DNA of 63,692 nt, filler included, from Lenisia limosa (Eukaryota > Protista > Breviatea), in the NCBI GenBank assembly GCA_001655205.1. It is 9 parts of 9 records of this genome, joined end to end, with 100 filler letters (N's around TTAATTAATTAA, not from the genome) between each part and the next. Parts side by side here need not be neighbours in the genome. Positions count along the whole stretch, not along the records: positions 24,880 to 48,937 come from LPNZ01008740.1; positions 49,038 to 52,364 come from LPNZ01007314.1; 7 more parts are not named here. One strand, 5' to 3'. Every line of letters begins with the position of its first letter. The first letter of the stretch is position 1. Positions 37,401 to 52,152 of this stretch are shown here, in pieces. The notes beneath the pieces were generated by a model, which saw nothing but the letters and a program-made list of their open reading frames with translations, did no database searches and was not told where the DNA came from. The position numbers and the translations under genes are program-made.

Positions 37401-40400
37401 ATTGTAACAAATATGCTATAATCACAAATGGTATTTATTTTAACAAACATTATTTTGTTACAATCAAAGTTAGCAGAGAATGTCCATGGTAATTAATTTG
37501 GCCATTTTTTATATCAATTAATATTAACATGAATATCTGCTATGGTCTCAAAACGTCAATTTGCTGACACTATCCACAGGTTATTTGGACGGAGTGCTAC
37601 CAGGATTCCGACCCCCGGCAATTGACAGACAAACATCGTGGGTGGATTGGAGCTGGATTTTTACTTTTTCTGAAAGACTGACAATCTCGATAAATCCTTG
37701 AAAACTAATATTTACATAATAAATAAACTTAAATGGATGGTATTATAGCTGCAGGTCTGATCAGACCATTTAGTGATACTGTGTCAATTCTTGACACACC
37801 TAGTACAAAGAGTATTATCTTTTTCTTTTGAAAAGTTACATTGTCTCATATTTCAGCCTATGGAGCTTGGAATTATCAGGGAGGATCACCCCTTTCTTCC
37901 ACAGTAGTGTAGGCACAAGGCAATTTTTAGGTTTCATTCATTTTTGTGTTGTTAACGTATCAGATTATGTATTTTCTTTATTGCTATTGAACTACTCTTC
38001 TAAATTAGTAGATTTTGGTGACTCCCCATCAAGCTTTCTGTTATCTAAGACAAAAATATGATTAAAATTTATTCAATCGCTTTTCAAACCCCTTAGATTT
38101 CGATCTTCATCCAGTCTATCTCACTGATCCGCTCCCGCGCCAATGAAACGCAAGAACGCGCTTTATACGATAATGGCCTTCCCGTAGAGACCGAACACGA
38201 ACTGGACGGTTCCGATGATTTTGTGGGCAGGTGTTTTTGGCTGAACTCAGAAAATTGGTGATTCATTTGGTTATGTGTGATAATATCTTTACTATTGTGA
38301 ACATAAAATTGTATTATCTGTTAAAACCATAAACTGATGAATTAAAATGGTGGATATTGTGACAAGAATTCTATTTCAGTCAAAGTCTCTGAAAATATTT
38401 ATAACAGACCATATTTCGCACTTATCAATATTTGATAATTATGATAGTCTTATCCCCGTCAAAGTGTGACCATAGTATTATCCAAACAGGTACAGCCAAC
38501 AGCACAAAACCAAGAACCAAGTGGCCGGAGCCCCGCAACATGGTCATGGCTGCTCCATCCCTCGGCCTACATTCAAACCTGGAAGGTTCTCATGAGGGTC
38601 TATCACCCTTCAAGCAAACTTGGGATGACATTTATGGGTAGGATTTGCATTTCTTAAGTCCGGAATAGGAATAACATCTTTACAAACCTCGTAATGTTCA
38701 TTAAATCTACATTTTTTACTCTCAATGGCTCATGAGTCCAGATTTCTCCCCGTTGTCATTTTCAATTGCCTCCCTGCTCTTTGGAGCTTTATGGGTTTCC
38801 ATTCTCTTCTTCTCCCTCATTCGCATCCACATCTCCGTGGAGTTTGTAAAATGTAAGATATTGTTCAAATTAAATATAGTTTTTTGGCTTGTGAATGCTG
38901 CAGTGAGACTAATTTATGGGAGAATTCTCTATCAATACTACCATTTGATTAATGTAGACTTGGTGCTAATGGTCTGTATTATGATTGTTGCATTTGTCAC
39001 AAGTAAGCTTATTTTCTTTTGTTGTTCTTAAACGGAACGCGATCAGTCCTGACATTGACCAAAGATAAAGCTCAACGTCCGTGTCAGGACTTATTGTGGT
39101 TCGTATGTGATTAATCTGGGAAGTGCAATTCTTATTCTCACAGTATTCATTAATTAGAAACGCAAGCATCTTAATTGGCAGTTTGGGAGAGAAGTACACA
39201 TGAGATTTCAAAATTATTGTTGAAGAAATCACATATACTACATCAAAAATTGTGTTGAACATTTTAGCACTGTCTTGTACTTTGTCAATTATAATAATGA
39301 TTCAGTGTAACCTTCCAGGCATTGTGACTTTAATCTGTTCCCTCATTTCTGCACTACCCCAGTGTCAGGACATTTGGTTCCTAGACTACGCTTTTGGAAT
39401 GCGCGAGGTGGGATGAGGGTTTAAGTTGTTTTACTGTGTATGAGGCGTAGTGGATGTTGGATTTGATGGAGACGAGATGAAGTAATGATAGAGGATATTA
39501 ATTTACCCATTCAATTTACTTTCAACTCAATAATTAAAGCATCACCGGAATAATCATATTTCAGAAAATATTTGCATATGCTCATATAATAATACATGAG
39601 TAACAAATTCTTCAGTTTCACTTCTTTAGGGAGTAGGTCAAACGGTCAATGCCTTCCTTTTTAGACCATCAGTCTACATGTGTTATCTGTTTGTACTATC
39701 ACCAGTAGGACTCTCGTGAAACCACTAATCCACAGCTCCTTCCATTTTTCGACATTCTCTTTAGCAACTCACCAATCGTTTCAATTGTTATGTAAGACCC
39801 ATTTGACTAAAAGCCCTAGTGTTCTGTTAACTTCGCATCTCTCATCACGGCAGCTTCTCTTCCACCTTTCTTCTATTCAATCTAAATGTACCGAGGGCTT
39901 GTCTTCTGTAAATTTCAGTAACAAGTCACCTCAATATAATCAATACCAATTTTGGTTCTTTAATTTTGAGATTTCTCGACTCATGGTTTTAGTTTTCGAT
40001 TACAACCCTTTCAACCATCCACGTAAAACGGTTAGTTTTTGAAGAAAACATATTCCAAAATATGCCAATAATTCAGCTCCAATTTGACAAAAGAATTGAG
40101 ACCAACAGGTAAATAGCTGAACATTGTTTTCTTAACACAGTTAGCTTGACTAATTGCCGAAACATCCATTTTATATATGTAGATGTGCGTTGTCACTTCA
40201 TTTTGATGTATTACATGAATAATAACCCAACAAATCACCACTTAGATGCAATTTAGCAGTACAAGAAATAATCCATTTAGATGTGTATTGATGAATACTG
40301 TCTGCCTTTGGCGCTAAAGGGATTTTTTGCCGTTATGGCTGTTTGTCTCTTTCAGCTTTGCAGCCTAATTGCGAAGTTTGTTCCGGAAATGGTCAGATGG

Positions 40401-43400
40401 TCTCCCACATGTTTGAATTTTAATATTATTGTTCTTTTTATATACCTGTATTCTTTACCGAGTAGTTTCTCACGGTGTTATTCAATTCAACCAATTTGAG
40501 TAAACATCATCTTATATCCAATATCCAATATCATACATCATACGCTCACAACACTAAGTAATGTCTCATTTTTAATGCTTAAATTGATTGCTTTTCAATA
40601 ACATTCAAAATACAAAAGTGTATTGTTCTGACTAAAGGCGGTCATCCAATATACATGTATGTATAGTATATGATAAAAGTTTTTTGTCCTGACCCCCATG
40701 ACCCCATGAAAAAAGCGTGATTAAAAGCGTGATTTTAGGCCTCAGACCTCATGACCACATGAAGATATATGCATAATTACATATCGATATGTAATATATA
40801 TTTATTTTCAAAATTTGGTGTCAACAAATACCCCTTACAAATCTTTGTTTTTTTGTGCAATTTTTTAAATAATATATGATATATCATATAGCTATATGAT
40901 ATAATATATTCAAACTTGTTTCTGGGTATTTTCGATATAATTGTCCATTATCGATGGGAAATCAGTAATTTCACGAATTTCTGACTATTTAAAAACTTCA
41001 ATCGATGAACTCTTATTTACATCAGAATTAAAATCTTAAATATATACTATATGATATATCTCTTACCCCATGACCCCATGCCCAATGGGTGTATATATTG
41101 TGTAGTATATATTTTTCGGTCGCTGACGCGACCCCCATGGAAAAACTTATATCATATACATATATAGATATATATTGGGTAACCACCCTAAATGGGATCT
41201 GAAATTGCATTTTGACCACCAATCAACTAGTTTAGGTAAAGTTGAAATATACAGCATTTAGTCCTCTTCACTATACCCAAAGTTGATTAATATTACAGAA
41301 ACGTGAACTTTCCGAAGCAGTCACGCAACATCCCATCGGCATTTTATGTGTTCCAGCGGCCGCAGTACCGGTCGTGCTTGAGGTAGTACTTTGTAGTACT
41401 TTTACCTGGTAAATGGGAGAAGATGTTTCAGTAGTACTTTTACTAAGTGCGACGAAAGAAAGTCATGATAATAATTACTTATTATGGTAGTAGCAGTAAT
41501 GTCCCCATGCTGACTGTCAAATCCTGTAAACCGTTTTACGATGACACTGTGGCAATATCAAATGAAAAATTAACTAATTATATCCTGCGAACAGTTTAAT
41601 GATATCATGTGAACAGTTTAATGATATCAAGTGAACAGTTTAATAATATTCTAGGAACAGTTGAGTGAACATTAATACAATCCCTGAGAAATATTAACTG
41701 TTTTCAACACGTCACAAAATATCCGATTTCGTGACTACATTATGTACAAGTGGAATGACTACTATCATGTGACAGAATAAAAGAAATCTGATCAGAGCAA
41801 GATGTAGATTGAGTGCATCCACCCCATGATATTTACCCCCAAATTGTCAACGCCCACCCTTGACACACCAGGCCACGTCCCCTGTTGAAGTCTATAGTGG
41901 ACCGAGGCCGTCTGCACCAGTTGGAGTGCTTGGTGTTTGACCAGCTCAGGAAGACGGTGGGTGTTAGAACCGCTCTCTTTTACCTTAGTGTTAGATATGA
42001 TATTATTCATATGGTAGTATATGATATACATATATTTTATAAAGGATATGTCAAATATATCATCTACAAACAAATGAAATCTCTATATATTTGAGCGGTA
42101 AAAGAATTTTAGATATTCCTTTGTTCATTTTCCCGATATTTCTGGCTAAAACAATCTCAGATGTCTCGAGTTTATTTGATAGATATTTTGCTTATTTTTC
42201 CAGATATTCCTGGGCTCTTCTGGATGCTGTTCCAATCCGATTCTAGAAGCAAACCCAAGCTCAAGTCGGAGATACTGGCCAGCTCTACATCCCATGATCG
42301 CGTGTTTTGTGGGAAGGCTACAGTCATTTTCGGATAAAGACAGTCCAAAGTTGTTTTGGAATTACATCCTGGATACTGGAATGCAATTGGATAAAAAAAT
42401 GAAATGTTCTACTCATATGCACTTAATCATCGATAATATCAGACTTATTCTAACCGTAGCCCAAAATATTTTACTTCATATCGATATGAAAATACTTCGC
42501 TATTTAGCAAACTTGTTAACTGTCACAGTCTCTACCCCCTGAAGCCAAATTAGCCGTTCCTTATGACAAAGCCTCCTCACTACCACCCTTGGTTCCACAT
42601 GAGATTGCCAATGATTTTGTCCCTCTCAGTAGCAGGGATATTGACGAAGACGGTGTTTTCAAACGGCCAATTTCACTGACACCACCAAGCCTTAATGAAT
42701 TACGTGAGTGTACTAAAATTGGGATAATGGTTTTTTTTCTACAAATGGATGATAAAGAGGGCTTCGGCAAAATATTTTGTTATTTGTGTTAAAAACTTTG
42801 TTGTTCATAAATTTATAGAGGAAAATGAAATAATAATGTTTCAGAGAAAAGCTCCGTTTCAAGTGTCATTGAACAGGTGGAACAGAACTACCTTAATCAA
42901 CAGGTGGGATTGCCATCTGATTATTGTGGGCTCTGTGAAATTGTTAGATATTGATCTTGAAATTTATAGGAGATTTGTCACAAAAAATGATTCATAATTG
43001 CTCCCAATCCTAGTAACAATAACATTTTTACCTGTCTTGTCTAAAAGAGAAACATTCCAAATTTAAAAGCTCAAAAACCATTGAGTGATTTATTCTCTCA
43101 GGTTCCAAAATCCCTACAAGATGAACTACCCACGTGGATGAGCCTCGATGTTACGGTCGTCTTGTTTTCCTTGTATTCAATCAGTGGGTTGGGATGATGA
43201 GATTGTTGTACTTTAGTTGCTATTTTGTGGTTCATTCCAAATTTTAGTTGATTTCCAAAATTAAAGATCCTAGAGCTTCTCAATTCATTTTTCACAACTG
43301 ATATTCAAATAACTCTCATTTTGATAAATATTAATTTCATTTGAGAATTATTATGCAAACCAATTCTATGATGATTCAATTATGTTTTCCTTAAAAACAG

Positions 43401-46400
43401 TATTCAAAAGTTACCTTTTATTTCACGGTTTTAATAAGCAGTTGAAGGTTTGGCGCTCATGCAACTCCCCATCAGGCCACTTTATTTCCTAAGATGGTGG
43501 GGAACATGGCCAATTCAATACTCTTACCAACTTGATTTAATTTCATATTTCTACAATCCAACAATCTAACAATCCAGATCTTAATAACCTAACTTTGTGA
43601 TAATATTGTCCATTACAAATTTCCACCTGTTAAGGTTGCATAAGTTGAGTAATGCATATCGTATGATTTTATAATACTCTATTTTCAATTTTAAATCCAA
43701 TAAATCCAGGTTTTCAGGCCTTGGGATGATGCTAGGCGCTTTTCTGGTCTGCATTACAGTAATGGCTGAAGTTCGCTATCGCATAGACTCCCACCCTGCT
43801 ATTTTGACTGGGGATAGGTGCGACGGTCTATTCTGGTAGTATTTTGGTCTTCATTGACAACAATATATAAATAACTTTTACATATCTCTAATAAAAGATG
43901 TGATTGACGGCTTTGGTCAGATAATACAACCTTTATATCCCATTTACATCTGACAATTTAGGGGCTCATTGCTTCTACCTACACCTCTCGGATCTGCACT
44001 CATCGATACCTCACTTTCTCCTATTGGCCAGTACAATGTAGGCCAGTTTCAATTTGTTATGTCTGAAGCGCACACTGATATTCACAATAATCCATGATGA
44101 ATTTTACTACATAGGTCTTTTTTGGACCGAGATAAGGCTACAAATATATATCATATGATAAACTACTTAATATTTAACTGAGCAATTAATTTCACAATTT
44201 GAAATGAGTCACATTGTAACCAGAATTCTATTTCAGACACATCCATCAATTTTTTTTTAATTTTCCCCAACAAAGAAAATTCAATGATGACTTACTGCTC
44301 ATGACCCACTAGATTTCGTTTACGTCTTTGAAAGCCAATGTGGCCATGCATGTTGTGGAATGCAAAGTCGGACTTACAGAAAGGTGAGATAGTTTATCCA
44401 AATTTGGGGATAAACTTTGAATACGATCGCCACTTTCAATATTGAAATTCAAATTTACATTGGTCCCTCTCTATTCCTCATAACACATTTACACTATTTT
44501 TTAATGGCCTCGTTTATTTGTTTCAAATTAATAACATATGCCAATTCTAAAATCACTTTGAGTTCAAATACTGTTGACCAATCAATGTGTGAATTATTTT
44601 CACTCTAACCAACTGTCACATCTACCTTTGTTTAACTTTTTTCTAGATTCTTCTTTTTTTCATACTAATAATCAGCGTTTTTTTTTGTTTCTCGACCAGG
44701 TATTACTTCCTTTTTACTTCATTTCTTCACCGGTTTCATGTACACCTTTTTACAGTCTTAGATGCGATATGGTGGCGAGAGATATATTCGGAATCTCAAG
44801 AGAGGTAGGCTAACTAAATGGTTTTATGGTTGACACTTAAGTGATATAACTAAAGGGGATATTGTTGTCAATAAAATGGTCTTACTATATGGTATGATTT
44901 CCTATAACACCAAATCAAATGAAAGTACATGTCATGATTCATATCATAATCGTGTATCAACACCACATTCTCCACCCATACTGTCTAGAAGCTAGCCGAG
45001 CGTCTAGTCTTAGACTGGAATTGGACTTCACCCGAACCCGAAGAGGCTTATAACCTGCCCATGTTTGTCGGACCTTTTGTGGTTTTTGGTATAATTTATG
45101 ATTATTTTTGCAGAATTGTCCAATTTTTGTTTGTCTCAACTGATAAAGATAGGTCTTTTTCCTCTTGTCACTTGTCAGTTTATTAAGATCATATATTCTC
45201 TTATAAAAAACAAGAAATTGTAAAATGTTGTCGGAATTAAAATCATCTCTCCAAGATTCATCTCTGTGATTACCTTTGACGCTCTTTATCCTCCTATACG
45301 ACAAATAATACCCTCAGTAAAAATGTCATTTGCAGTTTGGGATGTTGACATCTTAGGAGTATCTTCCAGCAGCTGAGCGACCTAATAGCAGATATCGTCT
45401 ACAGAGTTTCTCTTTTTTCCGGTATCAAAGTGGAGAAGCAAATGCTATTACAAGCGGTAGGGTACAACACATGATCATGATAATTCCTGGACAATTTATC
45501 CGAATTGAGTATGGTTCATATGATCACGTCGATCAAGGCTTACCATGTATATTCAGTGTTTATTGTATTTTGTATCTAGATCGCTGCTATGTTTAAAGGA
45601 AATGTAATTTGCGAAAATATTGTGCAAAAATATTTATGCATTTTTTTGCAAATGTCGATTAAGTCAGTTGTGAGATCATCATCTTCAGGACTTAGATGAA
45701 ATTGATCCTCTCTGTGAAGAAATATGCTCCGACTTTTTATGGAAGGAAGGACTTAATATGTAGGAGCGGTTTGAACGGTCTTGTTTTTTTCATACTCTGA
45801 ATCAGTTGATATTAAACCCAATGTCCGTTGATATTAATGCCAATTTAGGTCATATAACCGATCAGACACTTGCATTCCTCGTTATACTGCAATGCATTAT
45901 GCCAAACTCGTCCTTTCGGTGGGTTTCTATGGTAAATATACATATAAAAGGATAGGGTAGAATACAGTAATTTGAAAATCAAGAATTTATACTGCCTAAA
46001 TCGAATATGCCGTTTCAAATTGTACAACCCTTCGGCATCATTTCACTTAACCAACCACTTCATTTGACCACTTCAGGGTCTCAGTGAGTGGCCAACACCA
46101 CAGGGTCATTTGTGCTTGTCTGATCAATCCGCACAAAGAATATGCAGAGTTGCTGCATTGCTAAGTCCTTGGACTGGTAGGCTAATGATCATACTATATT
46201 CGTAATATTATTATCATATCCAATGATTTAATTACCATATCTCTATGATACAGATACACTTTACAAAGTAAAACCTCGTGTTATTTTCGTTCATTATAAT
46301 AGATACATGAACGTATGAGACAACATATTGTTGTCACCCACAGTGTCTGGTAATATCGGTAATCGATGATCATCATGTGACAAATTAGGATCACGGCCAT

Positions 46401-47730
46401 CATCATCCCAGAAAATACTTGATCTACAAGCTGCTTTCCACCAAGTCAGAGGATTCAAGAGAATATACACAAGAGCGCCGGGTTGTTTATACGTACCAAG
46501 CCCAAAATTATTCCTCAACCGAAGACACACTTTTTCGGAATTTATGTAACAATAAAGTTCTGGAATGTTAATGGAGTATTATTATTGGAATATCACCATT
46601 ACTGGATTTTCTCCGTTACTGGAATACCGATGTTCCAGGAAGCTCTAGGACACCTGAGCGAGCTTGGCTTGGCTGCAGCCTATCATGGACCACGTGATTT
46701 GAACAAGCCATGTGTTGAGACATGGAGCGGCATTCAGCTCATTGGTTGGTCTTTTTGGTGGTCTTTATTGAAATGTAAATTCTGGTTATTGGTGCTCTAC
46801 ATAATATTTCATATCATGTCGTTAGTAAATCTGCGTATTGGAGTGTTTTATTTGTTTCTACTGGCATAATATACATTGTGTAGTTTTGTCAAAATAGTTG
46901 TATTATTATATGTTAGATTTTTCGTGTTGCTTTCCTCGTGAGTAGGGAAGGGCTTCCAGTTACTGTCTCTATTTTTAGACCTCTTAATACAACAGGAAAG
47001 GGCTTCCAGCTGCTGTCTCTATTTTCGATCCCGACATTCATGCAAGAACTCGCTATTGGTGCCACATTGTTTAACTTCCTTTGTGGGGTGATCAACAATT
47101 CAATTGTCCAGCATATATAGTACTTATGAACATACATAATATCGAATGCCACTTCCCCCTGTGTTACGTTTTACATTATCTCTTTTTATATCGAAGGTTC
47201 GTCGATGTTAACGTTTTAGGGATTTCCGGTATTTGTACTGCTCTCGCAATTCTCTCAGTTGCACACGAGACCAAACCAACTTCAATGAATACATACACAA
47301 CACAACTCTCCGCCTATGCCTGTGGGAAGCGTGGTGGTGGTGGTAATAATGATTATGATGTTGTTAATGGTAATGATGAGTTGATGGTGTTGGTTATGAT
47401 AATGCTAATAATAGTGGTAATGATGATGGTGATGATGAGATGCGTAATATAGAGGAGATATTCATGTTGATACATGAGATTTATGACATGTATCAAAATA
47501 CCCTGGAAATTTTTACTCCGTGTGCATTTTTAAATAAGATTTCACTATGTAAAACTGTTGTTAATATGCACCAAAAGTACAACTTTTTTTGAAGTTAATT
47601 GCAATTTTGTTTTTTTCGAAATAATTACCCTACAGCTACAACTGCTGAGCCTCTCTACGAGTTTCTTGACAAAGTTCTCGGATCCACCCGGCAATACGAG
47701 GACTCCGATGAGGACATTATTGTAGGGATA
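34411..47730 (+). CDS. Probable continuation of the RING-CH gene: many small exons encoding multiple transmembrane segments (MARCH6/Doa10-like layout); may be more than one gene
   Basis: AG/GT-bounded hydrophobic exons, e.g. WWPVEFLASIVLTGFIGHLVACTMI (~34411), DFSPLSFSIASLLFGALWVSILFFSLIR (~38741), GIVTLICSLISALPQCQDIWFLDYAFGMRE (~39319), MCIDEYCLPLALKGFFAVMAVCLFQLCSLIAKF (~40281), GLGMMLGAFLVCITVMAE (~43718). The complete exon chain was not solved. Confidence 0.5.
41587..41670. repeat. ~22-bp minisatellite, ~3.5 copies, intronic
   Basis: GAACAGTTTAATGATATCA(T/A)GT repeated and degenerating towards the right. Confidence 0.85.
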
Positions 47731-48844
47731 TCGATATGGTTTTACTTTTACTAATATTGTGGACTATTTTGGGAATATATCTCCTTTGAAAACATTCATG
47801 TAAAAGATCATATCTTTGATTATTTTGACATGTGTTGATTCTATCCACCCAATGGTATAATAGCTCATATCATCTCGAGCACGAGTTGACCAACAAATCC
47901 CAATGAGAGCGAATATGGGTCAACATTAATAAATGACACATATTTTGATAGCTTAGGTGAAGACAGACTGCAGTTTTGCCTTCCTCAATCTCATACCAGA
48001 TATTCGTCCCATCCCGATCATCAGAATCAACCCCATGAAAAGAAGGTATTTTAGAAAACAACCCTTTTCTTATATTTAAGTGATAAAGTGGCAAATGTAT
48101 GTTCACCAAATGGTGAAATTCATGTTAAAAATATATAGAATTATGTGTATTTGTTATTATACGCCATCGAATAACATACAATAACCTTAATATAGATTGT
48201 ATATATATCCACAAGTATGAACATATGATCGAAATTAGCGTTGTAATCTTTATTAACCGGAGGGTTCATCTCGAGCGTATCACTTATTGATACTTGTTGG
48301 TCTTATCACATAGTAAGTGATATGAGGTATCATATAGGAGCTATGATGCGGACGGCTTCGCGTTTAATGTCAGATTCATATGATGTAATTCCAAAAACTA
48401 ACATTTCAGCGCTTCAAAAACAGTCCGGAGAATTCAAAATAGCATATCGTATCAAAACGGCCTGACAATCATCACCAATGTTCCCGAAACATGGACCAGG
48501 GTTTGTTCGGAGTTAAGGCTTCAATCCGATAGAAAAAGACTGAATTTCTCGATATAATATCCGATAGTTTACCGATCATTTTATTATCAGAGTGGAAGCC
48601 TATTCTGAGTAAATTGTTGTGGCAGATAGATCGATGTTCAGAGTAGTATCAGCTGTATTCTCTTTGTTGGTTATAAGAAGAGCCTTCATCATTCCAAGGC
48701 ATTCAATGTTAAATCAAATACACACAAACAAACAGAAGGATTTACTCCCCATAACCCATCCCATCACTCCCATAAGCTGAGTTAATGGCCACCATTTCTA
48801 ACTTCTCCCTCACACCAAAGTGGCACACTCCTCACCCCCATTAG

Positions 48845-48922
48845 CTGAGTTACGGGTCCTTCCTCATGGCTCTCGAGTGGTACCCTTTTCGCAACATCAA
48901 CAACCTTGACGAAATCGATGTG
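48845..48922 (+). CDS. Orphan exon at the end of a scaffold piece
   Basis: cccattag|LSYGSFLMALEWYPFRNINNLDEIDV|gtgagggggg: good acceptor and a donor with the typical G-run. The gene is cut by the spacer. Confidence 0.4.
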
Positions 48923-49251
48923 GTGAGGGGGGGGGGGNNNNNNNNNNNNNNNNNNNNNNNNNNNNNNNNNNNNNNNNNNNNTTAATTAATTAANNNNNNN
49001 NNNNNNNNNNNNNNNNNNNNNNNNNNNNNNNNNNNNNATATATATCCACTAGTGATATGATTATATCACCGACTTTCAAGTCGAAATGATGAAAGAAGAT
49101 AACACGAGTATCAGAGTATCCTTGTCGGTCAATTATCATAAGGGGATATGAGGTATCATATCACTGCGTGGAAAACGATAGTTCACACGTGTGAAAATGA
49201 ACCAAAAAGTGATATGATGATGACTTTCTAACCCCTCTCCCCCCCCCCCAG

Positions 49252-52152
49252 GGCGTGCATGATGATGACGTGGTGTCAGTTGCAGTGTCTCCTGACGGCA
49301 CCACCGTCGCCACCGGACAGGTCCGGGGGGGGGGGGGCNNNNNNNNNNNNNNNNNNNNNNNNNNNNNNNNNNNNNNNNNNNNNNNNNNNNNNNNNNNNNN
49401 NNNNNNNNNNNNNNNNNNNNNNNNNNNNNNNNNNNNNNNNNNNNNNNNNNNNNNNNNNNNNNNNNCATTTTTCTCAGATCCTTGCAAAACCCTGACCCAT
49501 CCCTCATTCCAGCCTTATTGTCCCGTTTCTCAGGAAATTTAGCCCAATTTCAGCCTTATTATCTCTTTTTCTCAGGAAATGTGGCCTCATTTTACCAGGT
49601 CGGAAAAGAGCCGAAGATTGTAGTCTGGGACTCCAGCACCCTCGACGTCATTTCGGTCATGAGCGGCCTGCATGAGAGAGCCATTGTTTCTCTGTCGTTC
49701 TCAGCATCTGGTTGGAGGGTTATATGAGGGTGTTCATGTTTGTTTGGGTATCTCTATCGTTCTCAGCTCTGTGGAAGGTTATTGGCTGAGAGATTGAAAA
49801 ACAATGGAGGACATTAAGTGAGGAAAACTTCAGTTTGGTAGTCTAATCTTGCATGGATTGGTTTCCTAATTTGAAGGCGATACTTTGATGATATTTTACG
49901 GTTTTGTAACCGCTTCTAGGCCGATTCCTAGCCTCTGTCGGAGCTGACGACAATCACTCTATTTGTGTGTCGCACTGGCGCAAGGGGCGCGTGCTCGCTT
50001 CTTCCAGAGGTGCAAGAGAGGGCTCAGATTTTTAGATGAAATGCTTCTTTACATTCACAGAACCTCAGATTATTTCTTCCTTACCTTTATAGGATCAAAG
50101 AGCCGCATCTTCCGTGCCGTGTTCCACAATAACGCTGAGACCTCCCTTATCACCGTATGATTTGGGTGCATCTAGAGTCTAATTATGACCGGGGAAATAT
50201 CGGTATATTGATCGAGGATTTATTGAAAATTCAATCTCTTTTTTTCAGTGAAATGAAGGCGTGAAGTTGAAATTTCTCTTAGTGAAAAGTGAACATATGA
50301 TTTTTTTCTTTCTCACCTGCCTTTTTAAGCAACCATGTATACAACACCCCATCTTCCATCATCCATCGTTCATCCTTCCTCTACCACCCTTCCTCCGTCA
50401 CCCACCTAACATCATCGTTCCATCAATCTTCTTCGGCAACCTATCTTCCCATGCCATCCATCCACCATCATTCTCTCAGCATTCTTCAACCAATCTGCCA
50501 TGATCTCTCAGATCGGAGTTCGCCATGTTTCTCTGTGGTCTCTCACAGGCTCCACCCTCACCAGAAAGAAAATGAGCATGCAAGGAAAGGCACAAATGCA
50601 GGTGAGCTCCTTGTTATATATATTTGAACTTATTTCTTAATATATGAGGTTCATGTTTGTAACAGCTTTCTGAGTGCTTCCGCAGAATACCAACAAGGAT
50701 TATTCATGATTAAGGACAAAGCTTTTTTCTTTGTGTCATAAATCATCCAACACATGATCCTGAATTTTTTTGTTTGTTTGTTTGTGTTTGTTTGTTTCAT
50801 AACCCCCCCCCCCCCNNNNNNNNNNNNNNNNNNNNNNNNNNNNNNNNNNNNNNNNNNNNNNNNNNNNNNNNNNNNNNNNNNNNNNNNNNNNNNNNNNNNN
50901 NNNNNNNNNNNNACATTCGGCGTCAGCGGAGACGCCTTCATCTGGAAGAACAACAAGCTCGAGAGAACCTCAAAGTAGGCCGTTTGTCGGACTGATTGTT
51001 TTATTATTAGGAGTAGTATTAGTATTATTATTAGTTTTATTATTAGTTTTATTATTAGTATTATTAAATATTGAATATTTATTATTGTTCTTGTTGTTGT
51101 TGTTGTTGTTGTTGTTGATATATTATTATTACTGGATGATTTTTATTTATTATAGTTCCATTATAACAGTGGGGGGAGCTTTGTTTTGATTATTTCATTC
51201 AAACTTTTAAAAAAAAGGGGAGGACCGTTCAGTGAATGTTTGGAGCTTTTCTTCGGTTCTTNNNNNNNNNNNNNNNNNNNNNNNNNNNNNNNNNNNNNNN
51301 NNNNNNNNNNNNNNNNNNNNNNNNNNNNNNNNNNNNNNNNNNNNNNNNNNNNNNNNNNNNNNNNNNNNNNNNNNNNNNNNNNNNNNNNNNNNNNNNNNNG
51401 GTTTCTTTTGTTCGGTTTCAGGATATCGATATTAAGAGCGTGTATGCCGTTCACCATTTATTCAGCTGTCATTCGGGGCCTATTTTCGCTGCCTGCTGTG
51501 TCGGGGAAGGAGTAAGCCGGGATTTGGGTAATAATCGTGTCATTTAGCATTGATCATGATAGTGCTCTTTTTCGTAGCACACTACATACCCGTAGACTCA
51601 GTTCAATGGTACCTTATTGCCTTTTTTGTACAAAGCCGTGTATTTTTCACAACTTTTACCAAATAGTTTGCTACGGGAGGTAAGGACGGTCATATTCGCA
51701 CTTGGGACCAGGGCTTTGAAATNNNNNNNNNNNNNNNNNNNNNNNNNNNNNNNNNNNNNNNNNNNNNNNNNNNNNNNNNNNNNNNNNNNNNNNNNNNNNN
51801 NNNNNNNNNNNNNNNNNNNNNNNNNNNNNNNNNNNNNNNNNNNNNNNNNNNNNNNNNNNNNNNNNNNNNNNNNNNNNNNNNNNNNNNNNNNNNNNNNNNN
51901 TTTGGAACGTGTGACACGTCACCGACTTCTTTTGATTGTTGAATCAATGATAACATAAAAACAGCATTTCATTTCACTTTGCCATTGTCAATATCCTCTG
52001 TCAGCATGTTTATTTATTATCTGTCAGCATGTTTATTTTTCTTTAGCCATCATATCAATACAAGCTTTAACCTATTACAGCGATGCATCAAGACCCTCGC
52101 ACCCCTTGGCGGCCTTCTCTATGCCGGAACCAAATCCAATGAAGTTCTTGAG
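49252..52152 (+). CDS. EML6: Echinoderm microtubule-associated protein-like (EML5/6-like) WD40 protein, partial
   Basis: Spliced [130 protein letters not shown]. This is colinear with the EML5/6 N-terminal TAPE domain as recalled ([18 protein letters not shown]). Confidence 0.88.

Noticed and set aside
47335-47445. ORF extension rich in Met/Val/Ile, and the TTA/TTG-rich tract at 51005-51130
   Set aside because: These are simple trinucleotide low-complexity intron sequences immediately after donor sites.
47870-48109. 79-aa minus-strand ORF
   Set aside because: No recognisable homology and no chain of neighbouring exons; insufficient support.
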